Assembly: GCF_963921235.1 (NCBI RefSeq)
Contig: NC_086108.1
Coordinates: 97,590,001 to 97,654,000 of the forward strand
Reading direction: 5' to 3'
Source: Mobula hypostoma
Lineage: Eukaryota
Length of the DNA stretch: 64,000 nucleotides
In this document: positions 12,353 through 25,745 of the stretch, in pieces
Layout of the letters: each line of letters opens with the position of its first letter
Numbering within the stretch: the first letter of the stretch is position 1
Notes under the pieces: model-generated
What the model saw: the letters and a program-made list of their open reading frames with translations, nothing else
The model's database searches: none
Told to the model about the DNA's origin: nothing
Program-made: the position numbers and the translations under genes

Positions 12353-13308
12353 AGTTGAAAATATTGAGCAGTTTTCAAAATAATATCTCAGACAATATAA
12401 TAAGGCCTCCATCATTATAAAACAGCCTCCCATTCAATTTACAACAGCACATAAGCACAGTAGAATTGCTAGGTTGCTGTAAAATAAATATATTCCCAGC
12501 TCTTTTATGCCTCTTATGGGATTTGACCTTTACTGTCCATTCTTAAATCCCCTTGAAGTGAGTTACTTGCTGGGCTTTTTACTGTATAATTAAAAGTCAG
12601 TCATAATGATGTGCATCTTGAGTCATATATGGGCTGTCCTGGATAAGGAGAGCAAATTCTCTACCCTGAATAAATGACTGGAGCATTGGAATTTGGAAAG
12701 CTACACACCGTATACTGGTAAATGGCAAAAAAAATATATGGATACTTGAAGGCTGGCAGAGAAATGGGCAAAATACAGCAAAATTTACAAAAAAATATAC
12801 TATACATAAACAGAAAAAGACTGACAAATGACTTCAGAGGTCTTCAGGACCCTGTAATGCAAACTCTCCTCAGGCAAAAGCACATAAGCAGCTGGACAAG
12901 CCCCCACTAAAAGAAGCTACTGGTTGCCTATAGCACTTTGATTGCCCTGAGCTCTGCCCTAATTAGCACCTCCGAAGAGACTCTTGGCTCTTCAGCCTGA
13001 AAACACCAGGACTGGTTTAATGAGAGTGACCAGGAGATCCACAAGTTCATTGATAGTAAAGACAAAGTCGTTTTGGATTTGGAAGCTCCACCAAGCCTCA
13101 AGGAAAAAAAATTAGCCCTGCAGGCAGCTAGAGACACATGAGACTGCAGGTGCTGGAATCCAGAGCAACATGGAAAGTAAGCTGGAGGAGTTCAGCAGGT
13201 CAGGCAGCATCTATGAAGGGAAATAGACAGCCAGTGTTCAGACTCAAGAACAACTACTTTTCTTCAACTGTTCGCTTCTTGAACCATCTAGTACAACCCT
13301 AATCAGTA

Positions 13309-13825
13309 GAACTGCGAACACTCAAGTTGAGTATGGTGTCCTCCTGAGGGGATGGCTGTTGCTGGGTCCTCAGGTAGCTGTAGAGTCTGATCCAGGGTCC
13401 ACATATTACGAGAGGCTTACAGACCTTATAATCCTTCCCCCTTCACCACTTGCTGATGGCCACAGGACAATCTGGGATGTTAGGATGGATTCCCTTAATG
13501 GAGAATGCCCGACTTTATTTAGCGTGGGACTTTATTAAGGGGGAGGCACCACATAGCCCTTGATAGATTGGGGTCCAGGCCCAGTGACATGGAATGCAAG
13601 ACAACTGGGGACCCTTTATGCTGCAGCCTTCCTCTATTGTGATGTGTCATCATCCTCTGCCAACTCCCCAAATTGAGCTCCTGGTTGGATCGCACTTGGT
13701 CTGGCATCTCCTCCTTGACTTTTCCGCCATGAGGAGCTGAGCTCCAGATGGCTAAACTCCAGACCCCATCACTCTCGGGATCTCGAGAGCTCACAAACCT
13801 CTCCACCACGACAAAGTAGCGATCC
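13309..13825 (-). mobile_element. Expander/Rex3-like (RTE clade) non-autonomous element
   Basis: Flanked by the direct repeat TAATCAGTA (13300-13308 and 13826-13834). 5' end GGATCGCTACTTTGTCGTGGTGGAGAGGTTTGTG resembles the Expander 5'UTR. Sibling at 16820-17261. Confidence 0.65.
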
Positions 13826-14166
13826 TAATCAGTACACTTTAGCAACACAATGACTACTTTGATCACTTGGCATAATATAAATTTTGGGTTCTTTTGTGCT
13901 AATTGTGTAATTTCTCATAAACATAAAGTATAATTAATGTTCATTTTTTTCTCATGTGAATGCTGCTTATCTGATACAATGTGCCTGTGATGCTGCTGCT
14001 GGTGAGCTTTTCATTCAAAGTTTAAAGTACATTTATTATCAAAGTAAGTATACAGTATACAACTCTGAGATTCGTCTTCTCCAGATAGGCATGAAACAAA
14101 GAAAACCATGGAAGCTGTTCAAAGAAGATCAACTCCTCCATGTGCAAAAAGCAAATTGTGCAAATA

Positions 14167-14971
14167 ACCATATAACAATATAACAATTACAGCACAGAAA
14201 CAGGCCATCTCGGCCCTTCTAGTCCGTGCTGAATGCTTACTCTCACCTTGTCCCACCGACCTGCACTCAACCCATAACCCTCCATTCCTTTCCTGTCCAT
14301 ATAGCTATCCAATATTACTTTAAATGACAATATCGAACCTGCCTCTACCACTTCTGCTGGAAGCTCATTCTACACAGATACCACTCTCTGAGTAAAGAAG
14401 TTCCCCCTCATGTTACCTTTAAACTTTTGCCCCCTAACTCTCAACTCATGTCCTCTTGTTTGAATCTCCCCTACTCTCAATGGGAAAAGCCTATCCACGT
14501 CAACTCTATCAATCCCCCTCATAATTTTAAATACCTCTATCAAGTCCCCCCCTCAACCTTCTACGCTCCAAAGAATAAAGACCCAACTTGTTCAACCTTT
14601 CTCTGTAACTTAGGTGCTGAAACCCAGGTAACAGTCTAGTAAATCTTCTCTGTACTCTCCCTATTTTGTTGACATCTTTCCTATAATTCGGTGACCAGAA
14701 TTGTACACAATACTCCAAGTTTGACCTTACCAATGCCTTGTACAATTTTAACATTACATCCCAACTCCTATACTCAATGCTCTGATTTATAAAGGCCAGC
14801 ATACCAAAAGCTTTCTTCACCATCCTATCCACATGAGATTCCACCTTCAAGGAACTATGCACCATTATTCCTAGATCCCTCTCTTCTCCTGCATTCTTCA
14901 CTGCCCTACCATTTACCATGTATGTCCTAGTTTGATTAGTCTTACCAAAATGTAGCACCTCACATTTATCA
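14167..14971 (-). mobile_element. 5'-truncated CR1 (RT C-terminal region and 3'UTR) inserted in a SINE-like repeat
   Basis: ORF 14527-15093 contains [37 protein letters not shown]; tail ATATAACA repeats at the left end. Confidence 0.9.
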
Positions 14972-16275
14972 GCAACAAGAAAATGAACCTCCCCACCCCC
15001 ACATGCAAACGAGCAAATAATACAAACGGCAACAAGAAAGAATGAGCAAAGACACAAAAAACAAAAGTACAAGACTGAAAGAGTCCAATCCATAAATCAT
15101 AACTTCAGTACCTGTACTTAACGTTGACTTGTGCATACAAGAATAAACTTTAACTTTGACTTTGTCGTTGACCTGAGGTTTGAGGTTTTATAGACAACTC
15201 GTGACTGGAAAGTTAGATGGCAGGAAACGAACGACAGGTCCAACACTCAGTGACACTCATGCACAGTTTCTTCAGCATCTCTGTATTAGCGTTATCTGCT
15301 GTTTAATTAATTGGATTCAAATTGCCTGGCTACCTTGCTGGGCTGTGATCCCGCAGACATGAGTCAAACTCATTCATCTGGACTGCATCCTAGTAAGTTA
15401 ACCAATATAGAGCTGGAGCTGACGGTTCAGCTTGGTGCCCGTAATTCTGAAAGAATTGTTTGCATCGTTTCCCAAGAGGACTGTGTTGTTGGAGAGGTTG
15501 GTGAGGGAAGTGGGGGGGGGGGGGAAGGAGGGTTGGGGTGTTTGATTAGGAGTGGAACAGTCCTGGGGATCTCATTCACTCAGTATTCCACGCACACATC
15601 ACCACCTCTTATCTCTCCGAGCCCAGGCTTGAGTAAGCATTTCGTCATTAAATATCTAATGAGTTACATTAGGCAATAAAATATTGATACACATGATTGC
15701 CGGTTAAATGCATGTGCTCAACCTCGTCAGAATAAAGTTTGAAAATTAAACTTTTATTAAACCTTGACCTATAACCTTAAATTGATCTAACGGCTGCTGG
15801 AAATCAGTGTGTGCTGGTGCTGATTTTTCACACAACCTTTAGCACTCGTGGGAACTGCCATCAAAGTGTGCAGGTACATCTGACAGTGCCAGGCTTATTA
15901 CCCACCTCTGCTTTCTGCTCTTCAGGATTCAGCTGGTGCCTTGTTGCTTGCAGTTGTGTGGGAGCGAGGACTTGGTCTGCTTCATTGGCTTTGTTTTTTT
16001 TAAAAAAATCCTGCTTCCTCTCTTTGAATGGGTTCAGAATACTAAACCAAACACCGACTAGAGTTTGCTCACGGAGGTGATGGCTAACTTTGTGCACATG
16101 AAGCTAGGGGGAGGTGGATTCAGTGAGCACACACAGTCTGAATGCATAAGTCTGTTCTCCCTGTAACACCGCGGGGATGAAAATATGTGCTTGGAAAGAG
16201 GAAGACTTGAATTTGTGTGGAACCTCAGCCCAGCTTTCATAATAGATAGCACACAGCATACAGAGCAATGCAGTA

Positions 16276-16807
16276 TACACTCATGGCCACTTAATAAAGT
16301 GCCTCCTGTACCTAATAAAGTGATCACTGAGTGTATGTTTGTGGCCTTCTTCAGCTGTAGCCCATCCACTACAAGGGTTGACATGTTGTGCATTCAGAAA
16401 TACCCTTCTGCACAGCACTGTTTTAACATGTGGTTATTTGAGTTCCTGTCAGCTTGAACCAGTCTGGCCATTCTCCTCTGACCTCTTTCATGAACAATGC
16501 ATTTTCCCCCACAGGTCTGTCACTCAGAGGATTTTCTTTTTACCGCTGTAGAGATGGTCATGCCTGAAAATCCCAGAAGATCAGCAGTTTCTGAGATACT
16601 CAAACCACCCTGACTGGCACCAACAGTCACTTCATGGTTAAAGCCACTTACATCACATTTCCTCCCCTTTTTGATGTTTGGTCTGGACAACTGAGCCTCT
16701 TGACCACACCTTTATTCATTGAGTTGCGGCCACATGATAGGCCGATTAGACATTTGTGTTAATGAGCAGGTGTACCTGTGTACCTATTAAGGTGGCCACT
16801 GTGTTTA
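16276..16807 (-). mobile_element. Non-autonomous Tc1-like element, copy 4
   Basis: Both TIR ends present; colinear with copy 1. Confidence 0.85.
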
Positions 16808-16819
16808 TGTACTTCTCTG

Positions 16820-17261
16820 AGGATTGTCACCTCGTCACGGTGGAGAGGCTTGTGAATTTCTTAGATCCTCAGCGCAATTCGTCTGGAGTTTGGGCACCTG
16901 GGGCTTGGCTCCTGGTAGGGTCACCCATGATGGTAAAGTCAAGGAGGAGGTTGCAGACAAAGAGAAGTCAAAATAAGACCTACACGCTGGAGCTGGCAGA
17001 AGATGATGACCCAGCGCAGTGACAGTTAAGGTGGATGAAGGTTGCAGCTGTGGAGGTTCCTCATTCTCCTGGCCCCAATCTGTCAAGGATTGTGTGGTGG
17101 CTACCCAGGTATCAGCCTCCCAATGTTAAACAAAGTCTCTCACTAGCGTTCTCTATTAAGGGAATCCACTTTAACATCCCGGATATGTGGATCCCAGACT
17201 GGCCTCTGCAGCCACCTGAGGAGACACCAATAAACAACTCCTTTGGATATTCAACTTGAGT
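16820..17261 (+). mobile_element. Expander/Rex3-like non-autonomous element, copy 2
   Basis: Homologous to 13309-13825 (GGTGGAGAGGCTTGTG..CCTGGTAGGGTCACCCATG..AAGTCAAGGAGGAG; 3' end TCAACTTGAG). Confidence 0.6.
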
Positions 17262-17834
17262 GATCTCACTACTGCTATATCAATAGGTTTCATTGGAGGC
17301 TTGCACAGAAGCTTTCAATGCTTCTCTGTATATTTAATTAACCTGAATTAATGTTCCTGAAGGCCCAACTCAAAACTTAAGTATCAAGATTATTTCTAAA
17401 TTCCTCCTCTTAGTTTTCCATTGTCAACACAAGATGCTTTTGGACAGCAATCACTGTAGAAAGATGGGTAACACAGAGCAGGTTCCCACAGGCACCAATG
17501 AGTCGGCGAAGGAAAAATGCTGTGCAGGACACTGGGGAGACCTCCTTCGAACACGGCTATAAGATCTCGTGCTTTCCACCTGAGAGGACAAATAGGGCAT
17601 TGCTTAACTCCCCTTCATTTGAGTTGATTTCAACATGAAAATAAAAGTGCAGACAAAGCAACAGCTGATTTGTAAAAAATAGAAAATACACTAAGGACAT
17701 AGAACATAGACCAGTACAGCACAGGAACAATGCTGTGCTGAACCAATTAAATGAGTAATCAAACTAATCCCTTCTGCCTGCACAATATTCATAACCTTCC
17801 ATTTTCTTCACATTCATGTGCCTACCTAAACCCT

Positions 17835-18160
17835 CAAAGTTCAATGTACATTTATTATCAAAGTATGTATGCAGTATGCAACTCAGAGATTCGTCTTCTC
17901 CAGATAGCCATGAAACAAAGAAAACCATGGAACCCATTATAAGAAAAACATCATCTCCTGCTCCACGTGCAAAAAAGGTAAAATTACGTAAAGTCAACAA
18001 GTACATCAACCCCTCACGGGCAATAATCAAATTGCACAAACAAGAACAACAACATCAACCCCCCCCCCACCACATGCAAAAAAACAAATTGTGCAAATGG
18101 CAACAAGAACATCAACCCCTCATGCAAAGAATGAAAAATATTGCACAAACTGCAGCAGGA
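17835..18160 (-). mobile_element. Unclassified SINE-like repeat with short internal tandem units, inserted in a CR1 3' fragment (~17697-18385)
   Basis: Near-identical to 14017-14166 (CAAAGTT..TACATTTATTATCAAAGTA..GAGATTCGTCTTCTCCAGATAG); repeated CATCAACCCC..GCAAA units. Confidence 0.6.
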
Positions 18161-19261
18161 AAGGACGTTTCTTAAAAGCCCCAAATGTAACAGCCATTAC
18201 CATCATCCCTGGCAGTGCAGTCCAGGCACCCACTACCCTCAGGGTAAAAAACTTGCCCCTCACATCTCCTTCAAACTTACCCCCTCTCGCCTTAAATGCA
18301 TGCCCTCTGGTATTAGACATTTCAGCTCTGGGAGAAAGATACAGTCTGTATCTATGTCTCCCATAATCTTATAAACCTCGATCAGAGGTGTGTTTTTTTC
18401 AAATTGCATTTTTGAAAGCACTTATTTAGATGCATTTCAGCTTTAGTTGGCTCTGGAGACAGATAACTAACTGGGCAATGACAAACTGTTCCGGCACAAG
18501 TTGCCCTTAATCCTCCTATTATTTAGCATGCTTTGTCTTTTAAAATTACCACTGCTTAGAGATGGCTGTGTCATAGGTCCTGTCTTTTCCCAATCTCTTT
18601 TTCAGCTACTTACAAAAAAAAATGGCATGTAATAGCAGATGGATTTTATTAATGTGGTCTTTACTGTATTGTGACTTGATGGGCAGCAAATTGCCTCTTC
18701 TGATTGCTGATGTCCCTTGAAGAAACGTTTTAGTAACACAATAGATCAAAATAACCTCCGTGTGCCACGTCCCCCATGTTAAATTAAACTGCATTAGAGA
18801 TGGAGTTCGGGTTCCATGGAATTGTGATTCTAAACTATTGTTCTAGTGGTCAAAATTGACACAAATGAGATGAAAGTTCTGAGTGAAATTGCCTTCTTTG
18901 GTCTTTGTTGATCAGCGGTCACATTCTGCCCAGAGCCATGCTTTCTGTAAACTCACTTTGCACAAATGACTTGGCCAGCACTGATGTATTGACACAGTGT
19001 GTCCGTGAATGATATTAGGAACTGCCTGGAAATAAGAAAACAATGGAAACAGAACCAGAAAAGTATTTCAGAAAATTATCTTTCCTGGTGACACTCACTC
19101 GATGTGCTTTGATGTGGCTGAAGGTGGTTTTAAGTTTAAAATGTCAAAGCAGCACAGAAGGAAATTGATGGAAGTGTAAGGGCTCTGGGTGGATATTTGA
19201 TCCAGTCAATGGACTCTCCACTGCCAGCCGATTGCAAGCTGCGTATTTTACTACACTACAC

Positions 19262-19276
19262 AGTAACAGACACACA

Positions 19277-19317
<41 letters not shown>

Positions 19318-19430
19318 GCGCATACACACATACACAGATATACCCACATGCACACACACACAAATATACACACACACAGATATACACGGACACACGCAGC
19401 TATACACATATGCACACACATACACACACG
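19262..19430. repeat. (CA)n microsatellite with an imperfect AC-rich extension
   Basis: Perfect CA run ~19278-19316 followed by degenerate ACAC/ATAC repeats. Confidence 0.95.
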
Positions 19431-19621
19431 ATTCATTCATTTTTTTCTTTATTTTAATTGAATTCTAATAGCGTAAGGTCAAAGTTAATTTTTAGAAAAT
19501 ACTTAGATCTATTTATATTGATGGTTCCGGATTTGTATTATTTAAATCTACTCTGAGGCAGCTGCTGAAGTTTGGTCAAGGTGTTCTCTGGAGTTAGGAC
19601 TTATTTATTTATCTATCTATC

Positions 19622-19905
19622 TAATGGGCACCCATTCAGAACAGAAATGCGAAGGAATTTTTTTAGCCAGAGGGTGGTGAATCTGTGGAATTTGTTGCCA
19701 CGGGCGGCAGTGGAGGTCAAGTCATTGGGTGTATTTAAGGCAGAGATTGATAGGTATCTGAGTAGCCAGGGCATCAAAGGTTATGGTGAGAAGGAGAGGG
19801 AGTGGGACTAAATGGGAGAATGGATCAGCTCATGATAAAATGGCGGAGTAGACTCGATGGGCCGAATGGCTGACTTCTGCTCCTTTGTCTTATGGTCTTA
19901 TGGTC
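19622..19905 (+). mobile_element. CR1 3' fragment
   Basis: Encodes GHPFRTEMRRNFFSQRVVNLWNLLP..; tail TCTTATGGTCTTATGGTCT. Confidence 0.9.
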
Positions 19906-20189
19906 TATCTATCTATCTGTTTATTGAGATACAACACAGAATAGGCTCAATTTTCTGACGGACAAACGCTGGATTAATATTTAAGGACACAGCTGGTTCA
20001 CTAATTTCCTTCAGGGAACCGGCCCTAGCTTGGCCTGTATTTGAAACAGACCCACCAATGTGAGTGACTCCTCATCATCCTCTGAAATGTACAAGATACT
20101 CAGTTTGAAACCTACAGTGTAATGGACAATATGTGCCAGATTTTCTGTGATGCCTATTTATTTGTGTTTGTTTGCTTGTTTGTTTATTT

Positions 20190-20400
20190 ATTGAGATGGC
20201 ATGGAGTAGGCCCTTCCAGCCCTTCCAGCCCTTCCAGCCACACTGCCCAGCAATCCATGGATTTAATCCTAGCCTTTACACGGGATAATTTACAACGACC
20301 AATTAACCTACCAACCGTTACGTCTTTGGACTGTGGGAGGAAACCGGAGCACCTGGAGGAAACCAACGCGGTAACGGGGAGAACGCACAAACTCCTTACA
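20190..20400 (-). mobile_element. V-SINE (HE1-like), partial
   Basis: TCTTTGGACTGTGGGAGGAAACCGGAGCACC is the reverse-complement V domain. Confidence 0.75.
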
Positions 20401-20944
20401 GTGGGATATCAGAATCACTTCAGATCAGATTCAGATTAAGTTATCACATGTACATGGAACCATACGGTGAAATGCGTTGTTTGCGGTAACAACCATCACG
20501 ACCGAAGGTTGTGCTAGGGGCAGCCTGCAAGTGTTGCCACACATTCCAGCACTGACATCCAGTAGTATGCCTACAATGCTCAGCACAGCGACAGCAGCAA
20601 AGCACCACCTCCCCTCCCTTTCTTCCAACACACACACGCACACACACACATACTGTACACACACCACTCATGCATAAACACACCCTAGACAGAGACATTT
20701 TACAAGGATGTTGCTGGGACTTGAGGACCTGTGTTATAGGGAAAGGAGTAATTGGTTAGGACCTCATTCCTTGGAGCATAAGAGGTTGAGGGGAGATTTG
20801 ATAGAGTGAAACAAAATGACAAGAGGTATAGAGAGGGTAAATGCAAGCAAGCTCTTTCCACTGATCAATGCTTTGATTTATCTAATTTGTCAGCACAAGA
20901 AAGATCTCACTGTGATGGCAATATCATTTCCTTAACACTGGAAA

Positions 20945-21430
20945 ACCATAAGAGATAGGAGCAGAATTAGGCCATTTGGCCCTTTGACCCGTTGAGTCTG
21001 TTTTTCGAGCCCATCCATTTTCCCTCACAACCCCATTCTCCTGCCTTCTCGCCATAACCTATGACACCCTTACTAATCAAGAACCTATCAATCTCTACCT
21101 TACATATACCCAGACTTAACCTCCACAGCTACGTGCGGCAATGAATTCCTCAGATTCACCACTCTCTGGCTAAAGAAATTCCTCCTCATCCCTGTTCTAA
21201 ATGGTCCCACCATAGAAAACATCCTCCCCACATCCACTCTATCTTGGCATTTCAACATTTTCAATCAGCTTGTTTCAATGATATCCACCCCTCTTTCTTC
21301 TGAACTCCAATGAGTACAGGTTCAGAACCATCAAACGTTCCTCATACAATAACTGTTCCATATCTGGGATCATTCTCATAAACCTCTTCTGAAACCTCTC
21401 CAACGTCAGCACATCCTTTCTGAGATAAAG
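20945..21430 (-). mobile_element. CR1 3' fragment
   Basis: Tail ACCATAAGA; translation LRKDVLTLERFQKRFMRMIP..YEERL..LYSLEFRR. Confidence 0.8.
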
Positions 21431-21689
21431 CATTTTCTTAGATAAAGGTTTTTCATTTGCAAATGGCAAATTTGCTAATGGTTGAATGTTGTAACAACAT
21501 AACTTAAACAGATGGCTGGCTGGTTTTATGACAAGGAAATGAGTGACAGAAGAAGGTTTTAATTCCTCTCACCATCCTCTTAACTAATTGAAATTCTCCT
21601 GCCAGTTTTGGATGTAGAACCAACTTCAGCTTCAAACCTAATTCGGCTGTAACTGGGTTTCTCTGAAAGATGAAAAGACAGAAGCAGGA

Positions 21690-22577
21690 AGACCCAGGAG
21701 TACAAGTGCATGGTTCCTTGAAAATGGCATTTCAAGTAGACAGGGGGTAAAGAAGGCCTTTGGCATACTGGCTTCATCAGTCAGGACACCAAATACAGAA
21801 ATTGGGATGATGTGGTGTAGTTGTATAAGACCATGGTGGGGCTGCATTTGCAGTACTGTAGGATCCAGGCAGCATCCTGACCTGCTGAGTTCCTCCAGCA
21901 TTCTGTGTGTGTTGCTTTGCACTTCCAGTATTTGCAGATTCTTTTCGTGTTTGCAATATTGTGTTCTGTGTTTGCCAACCTACTGTAGGAAAGATGCCAT
22001 TAAGCTAGAGAGAGTACAGAATAGATTTGCAAGGATGTCGCTGGGGCTTGAGGGACTGAGTTATGGAGAGGTGTTGAGCAAGTTAGGAATTTTCCCACAG
22101 GAATATACAAGAAAGGGGGAGGGGTGGTGGAGAATCATATGGAGTTATATATATTATGAGGGGCATAGATAGGGTCAATGCACACAGCTATTTTCTCAGG
22201 GCTGGGAAATCAGAGGGCATATTATAAGGTACAATGGGAGAGATTGAATAGGAAGCTGAGGGACAAGTTTTTCAGGCAGATAGAGATCATCTGAGCTGCC
22301 ACAGGAAGTCATCAAGGCAGGTACATTAAGAACATTTAAAAGGTACGTGGAGAGGTATGTAGATGGGAAAGGTTTAGAACAGGGAATCCCAACCTTTTTT
22401 ATGCCATGGTCCAATGCCATTAAGCAAGCGGTCCGCGAACCCCTGGTTGAGAATCCAGGTTTAGAGGGAAATGTGTCAAATATGGGCAAGTAGGTCTAGC
22501 TTAGGTGGGAGTCTTGGTCAGCATGTATCAGATGGGCCGAAGGTCTGATTTCCACATTGTATGGCTCTACAACTCTA
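21690..22577 (+). mobile_element. Degenerate CR1 3' region with a Penelope-type insert (~21868-21945) and a hAT MITE insert
   Basis: Translation RKDAIKLERVQNRFARMSLGLEGLSY..LSKLG; CR1 3'UTR GGGCCGAAGG. Confidence 0.75.
22380..22458 (+). mobile_element. 79-bp hAT-type MITE
   Basis: Imperfect TIRs CAGGGAATCCCAACC / GGTTGAGAATCCAG; 8-bp flanking repeat GTTTAGAA (22372-22379) / GTTTAGAG (22459-22466) inside a CR1 3' end. Confidence 0.75.
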
Positions 22578-25380
22578 AGCAGGGTCTCCATTTGAAATCT
22601 TGACCTATATACTTTATTGCACTGAAGCTGCTTGACCTGCTGAATTGTCCCAGAATTCTGCTTTTCTGTTCTTGTGCCGAGTTAGGGCATTCAGGCCATG
22701 GAGTCTGCTCCAACATTCGATCGTGGCTGATATATTGTCCCTCTGCATCCCATTGTCCTGCCTTCTCACTGTAACCTTTGACACCCTTATTAATCCAAAA
22801 TTAATCAACTTCCAATTTAAATATGTGGACTGACTTAGCCTCCACAGTTGTCCTTCGTGACAAATTCCTCAGTTCATCACCCTCTGACTAAAGGAATTCC
22901 TCCTCATCTGCACTCTAAAGAGATGTGCTTCTATTTGGAGGCTGTGCCCTCTTGTCCAAGACTCCCCCAACATTGTCCTTTCAACAATTGATAGGTTTCA
23001 ATGGGAGCCTCCCTCATTTTTCTGAATTCCAGTGAATGCAGGCCCAGGGCCTTCAAACACTCCTCATATGACAAGCCTTTCAATCCAGAAATCATTTCCG
23101 TGAACCTCCTTCAAACTCTCACTAGTGTCAGCACATCCTTTTGTAGATATTTCACTTGGAGTAACAATCACTTTGTCGTCCTTTGTACCAAAGAATGACC
23201 ATAAACAATCAATAAACAGGACACAGCCTCAGAATGGAGATGAGGAGGAATTTGTTTATGAGGGTGATGGATCTGTGGAGCAAGTCTTTATGTATATTTA
23301 AGGTAGAGGTTGATAGATTCTTGATTGGTCAGGACATGAAGGGATATGGGAAGAAGGCAGGAGATTGGGGTTGAAAGGAAAATGGATCAGCCATGTTGAA
23401 ATGGCGGAGCAGACTCCATTGGCCCAATGGCCTAATTCTGCTCCTATATCTTTTGGTCTCATGGAATGGAGGAAAGGGTTTGCATTGATCTTAGAGTAGG
23501 TTAAAAGGTCAGCATTACATTGTGGGCCGAAGGGCCTGTATTGTACTGAATTGTTCTATGTGCCGTGTCTGTTCTGAAATATCCTGCTGTTTGACGGTTA
23601 GCCATGAGTTTAATTCCATTATCTGTGGCATGAAATTGAGGAGGGAGGTGGGTGTGGGAAATAATATACACTGAACATTGAAACAAGTAATACTTTCTGA
23701 TATCACAGCATTAATTTAAAATAATTCTGTCCTTTATTTAACGTGGTGCAAACATACAGAAAGGGATAATAAGATGCATGAAAAGTTTTCACCTAATGCT
23801 GAGAAAGAAAGAGTAAAAGAGAGAAAAATGACAAACTTCCCGCCGGCAGATGTCTGTGATTTATTAGCCATCTCAAGCGACAGTCAAATCCGCTACATCT
23901 AACAGTTGTCTTCAATTAAGCGATGGCATCTATTTGTCCACAGTGTATAAGGCAATAAATAACTCATCTTCTGAAAAATAAGGATGTCATAGACCAAAGC
24001 TTTTAATCAAAGCACCGGAGTGCCGTGTTTCCAAGGGCAAGCGCGAGGTATTGCTGTACTTCTATATACAGGAAAATCTGGTGCAAGAAATAAGAGATTG
24101 ATGATGAGAAAAAGTCAATCCATGTTAAATTTTCTTTCTGCCAAAGGATTACATTTTATTTACTCAGACTGCAGGTGTGAATCCTTTCGTTGACACAAAG
24201 ACCGTAAGGCACAGGAGCAAAATTAGGCCATTTGGCCCATCGACTCTGAGTTTCAAACCACCATGTACAGTATGTCCTTCTTCACTCCACCACGGGACAC
24301 AGTTTAGGTGGGTACCAGCTGTGCGGCTTTGAAAAGTATTTCCTCCATTGTTATTGCAGTACAAACCTCGCAGAAGATTGCACAGGATAAATGTCTTTTA
24401 ACACGTTCACTTAAAGATTAGCTGTGAAAAATCTGCGTCCTTGCTAATGCAGGGAATTGTGTACCACAAAACCCCCTGTTCATTGTTAATTTTTCCTTTA
24501 CAGGTAAGTGACAAGGTACTCCATTAACAAAGCCTCTTACAGTAGTCAAGACGGGAAATACCCAGAGACTGTTAATAAGTGCACAACATTGTTAAATTCC
24601 AGCAATTTAAAGGTGCTGTATCTGTGTTACTTACGCTACAGTATTTAGTCAATAATCCTTAGACTAATTTGTACTTACCTGCAGAAACTCTCTAAGGTAC
24701 ATTACTACACTGTTGTAATACATCACTGTGACACAGCAGGCACTTCGTCTTTTCCAGAGGACACACTTCAGAACAGTTACAGGATCATAAGGCATCCGAG
24801 CAGAATTAGGCCATTCAGCCTGTTGAGTCTGCTCTGCCATTTGATCACGTCTGACTTATCTTCCCGCTCAATCCCATTCTCCTGTCGTCATCTACCCCAT
24901 AACCTTTGATGGCCTGACCTGACATGTTACTTGATTCAAATAGCTTTGCCTAATTTAAAAAAAAAATCAGTTCTTGCAGTTCCATTTGACCTCAGGAGTT
25001 CCAATGGCTCATGCTCCAAATCTCAGTCTAGGAATTCACTTTAATAGGCATGGCATCATAGAGCACTGCAGCACAGAAATGGGCCCTTCAGCCCATCTAG
25101 TCCATGCTGAACCTTTACCCTGCCTAATTCCACTAACCTGCATCTGGACCATAGCCCTCCGTACCCCTCTTGCCCATGTACTTATGGAAACTTCTCTTAA
25201 ATATTGCAATCAAGCCAGCATCCACTACTTCCACTGGCAACTCATTCCATGCTCACACCACCCTCCGAGTGAAGAGGTTACCCCTTGGGTTCCCTTTAAG
25301 TGTTTCACCTTCACCCTTAATCTAATTCTACTCTCAGCCAACGTCAGTGGAAAACTTCGTGCATTTATCTATCTCCCGCA

Positions 25381-25745
25381 CAGGCCTCCGTTGGTCAGAG
25401 TTAACCATGGACATTGTGCTCTAGCTGTCTAGATATGCAAGCCTGGGCAGTACGATATGGAGAGCAAGCTGTTGCCCGTGTAGCAAGCTCCTCCTCTCCA
25501 TGAATCTGATGTACCCAAAGGAACGGCAGAGACCAATACAGTCTGGTACCAGCAGCATCGCAGGAGTTGCCAGTCAGCATTGAACTCAATGTAGGACTGC
25601 CTTAGGGACTTCAGCTCCAATATTTCCCTCGGGGTTTACCTCCAAAGCCTTCCTCATAAGTGGGTGTAGCTGCAAGGCAGCGGAGGTTTGACATCTGAGT
25701 CTTCCTTCTCCTAGATGAGCCGACAAGCCCCATGTGCCTGAAATG
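25381..25745 (-). mobile_element. RTE-derived non-autonomous element, 5'-truncated sibling of 11770-12352
   Basis: Colinear similarity (GGAACGGCAGAGACCAATACAG..CAATGTAGGACTGCCTT..TTCCTTCTCCTAGATGAG). Confidence 0.7.

Noticed and set aside
13687..13825. GGATCGC/GCGATCC long-range pairing at the 5' end of the Expander-like element as a ribozyme P1
   Set aside because: I could not place P2, P3 and J4/2 in HDV order, and the pairing is not kept at the same position in the sibling at 16820.
19144..19468. HT/CV-repeat ORFs
   Set aside because: Translations of a (CA)n microsatellite.
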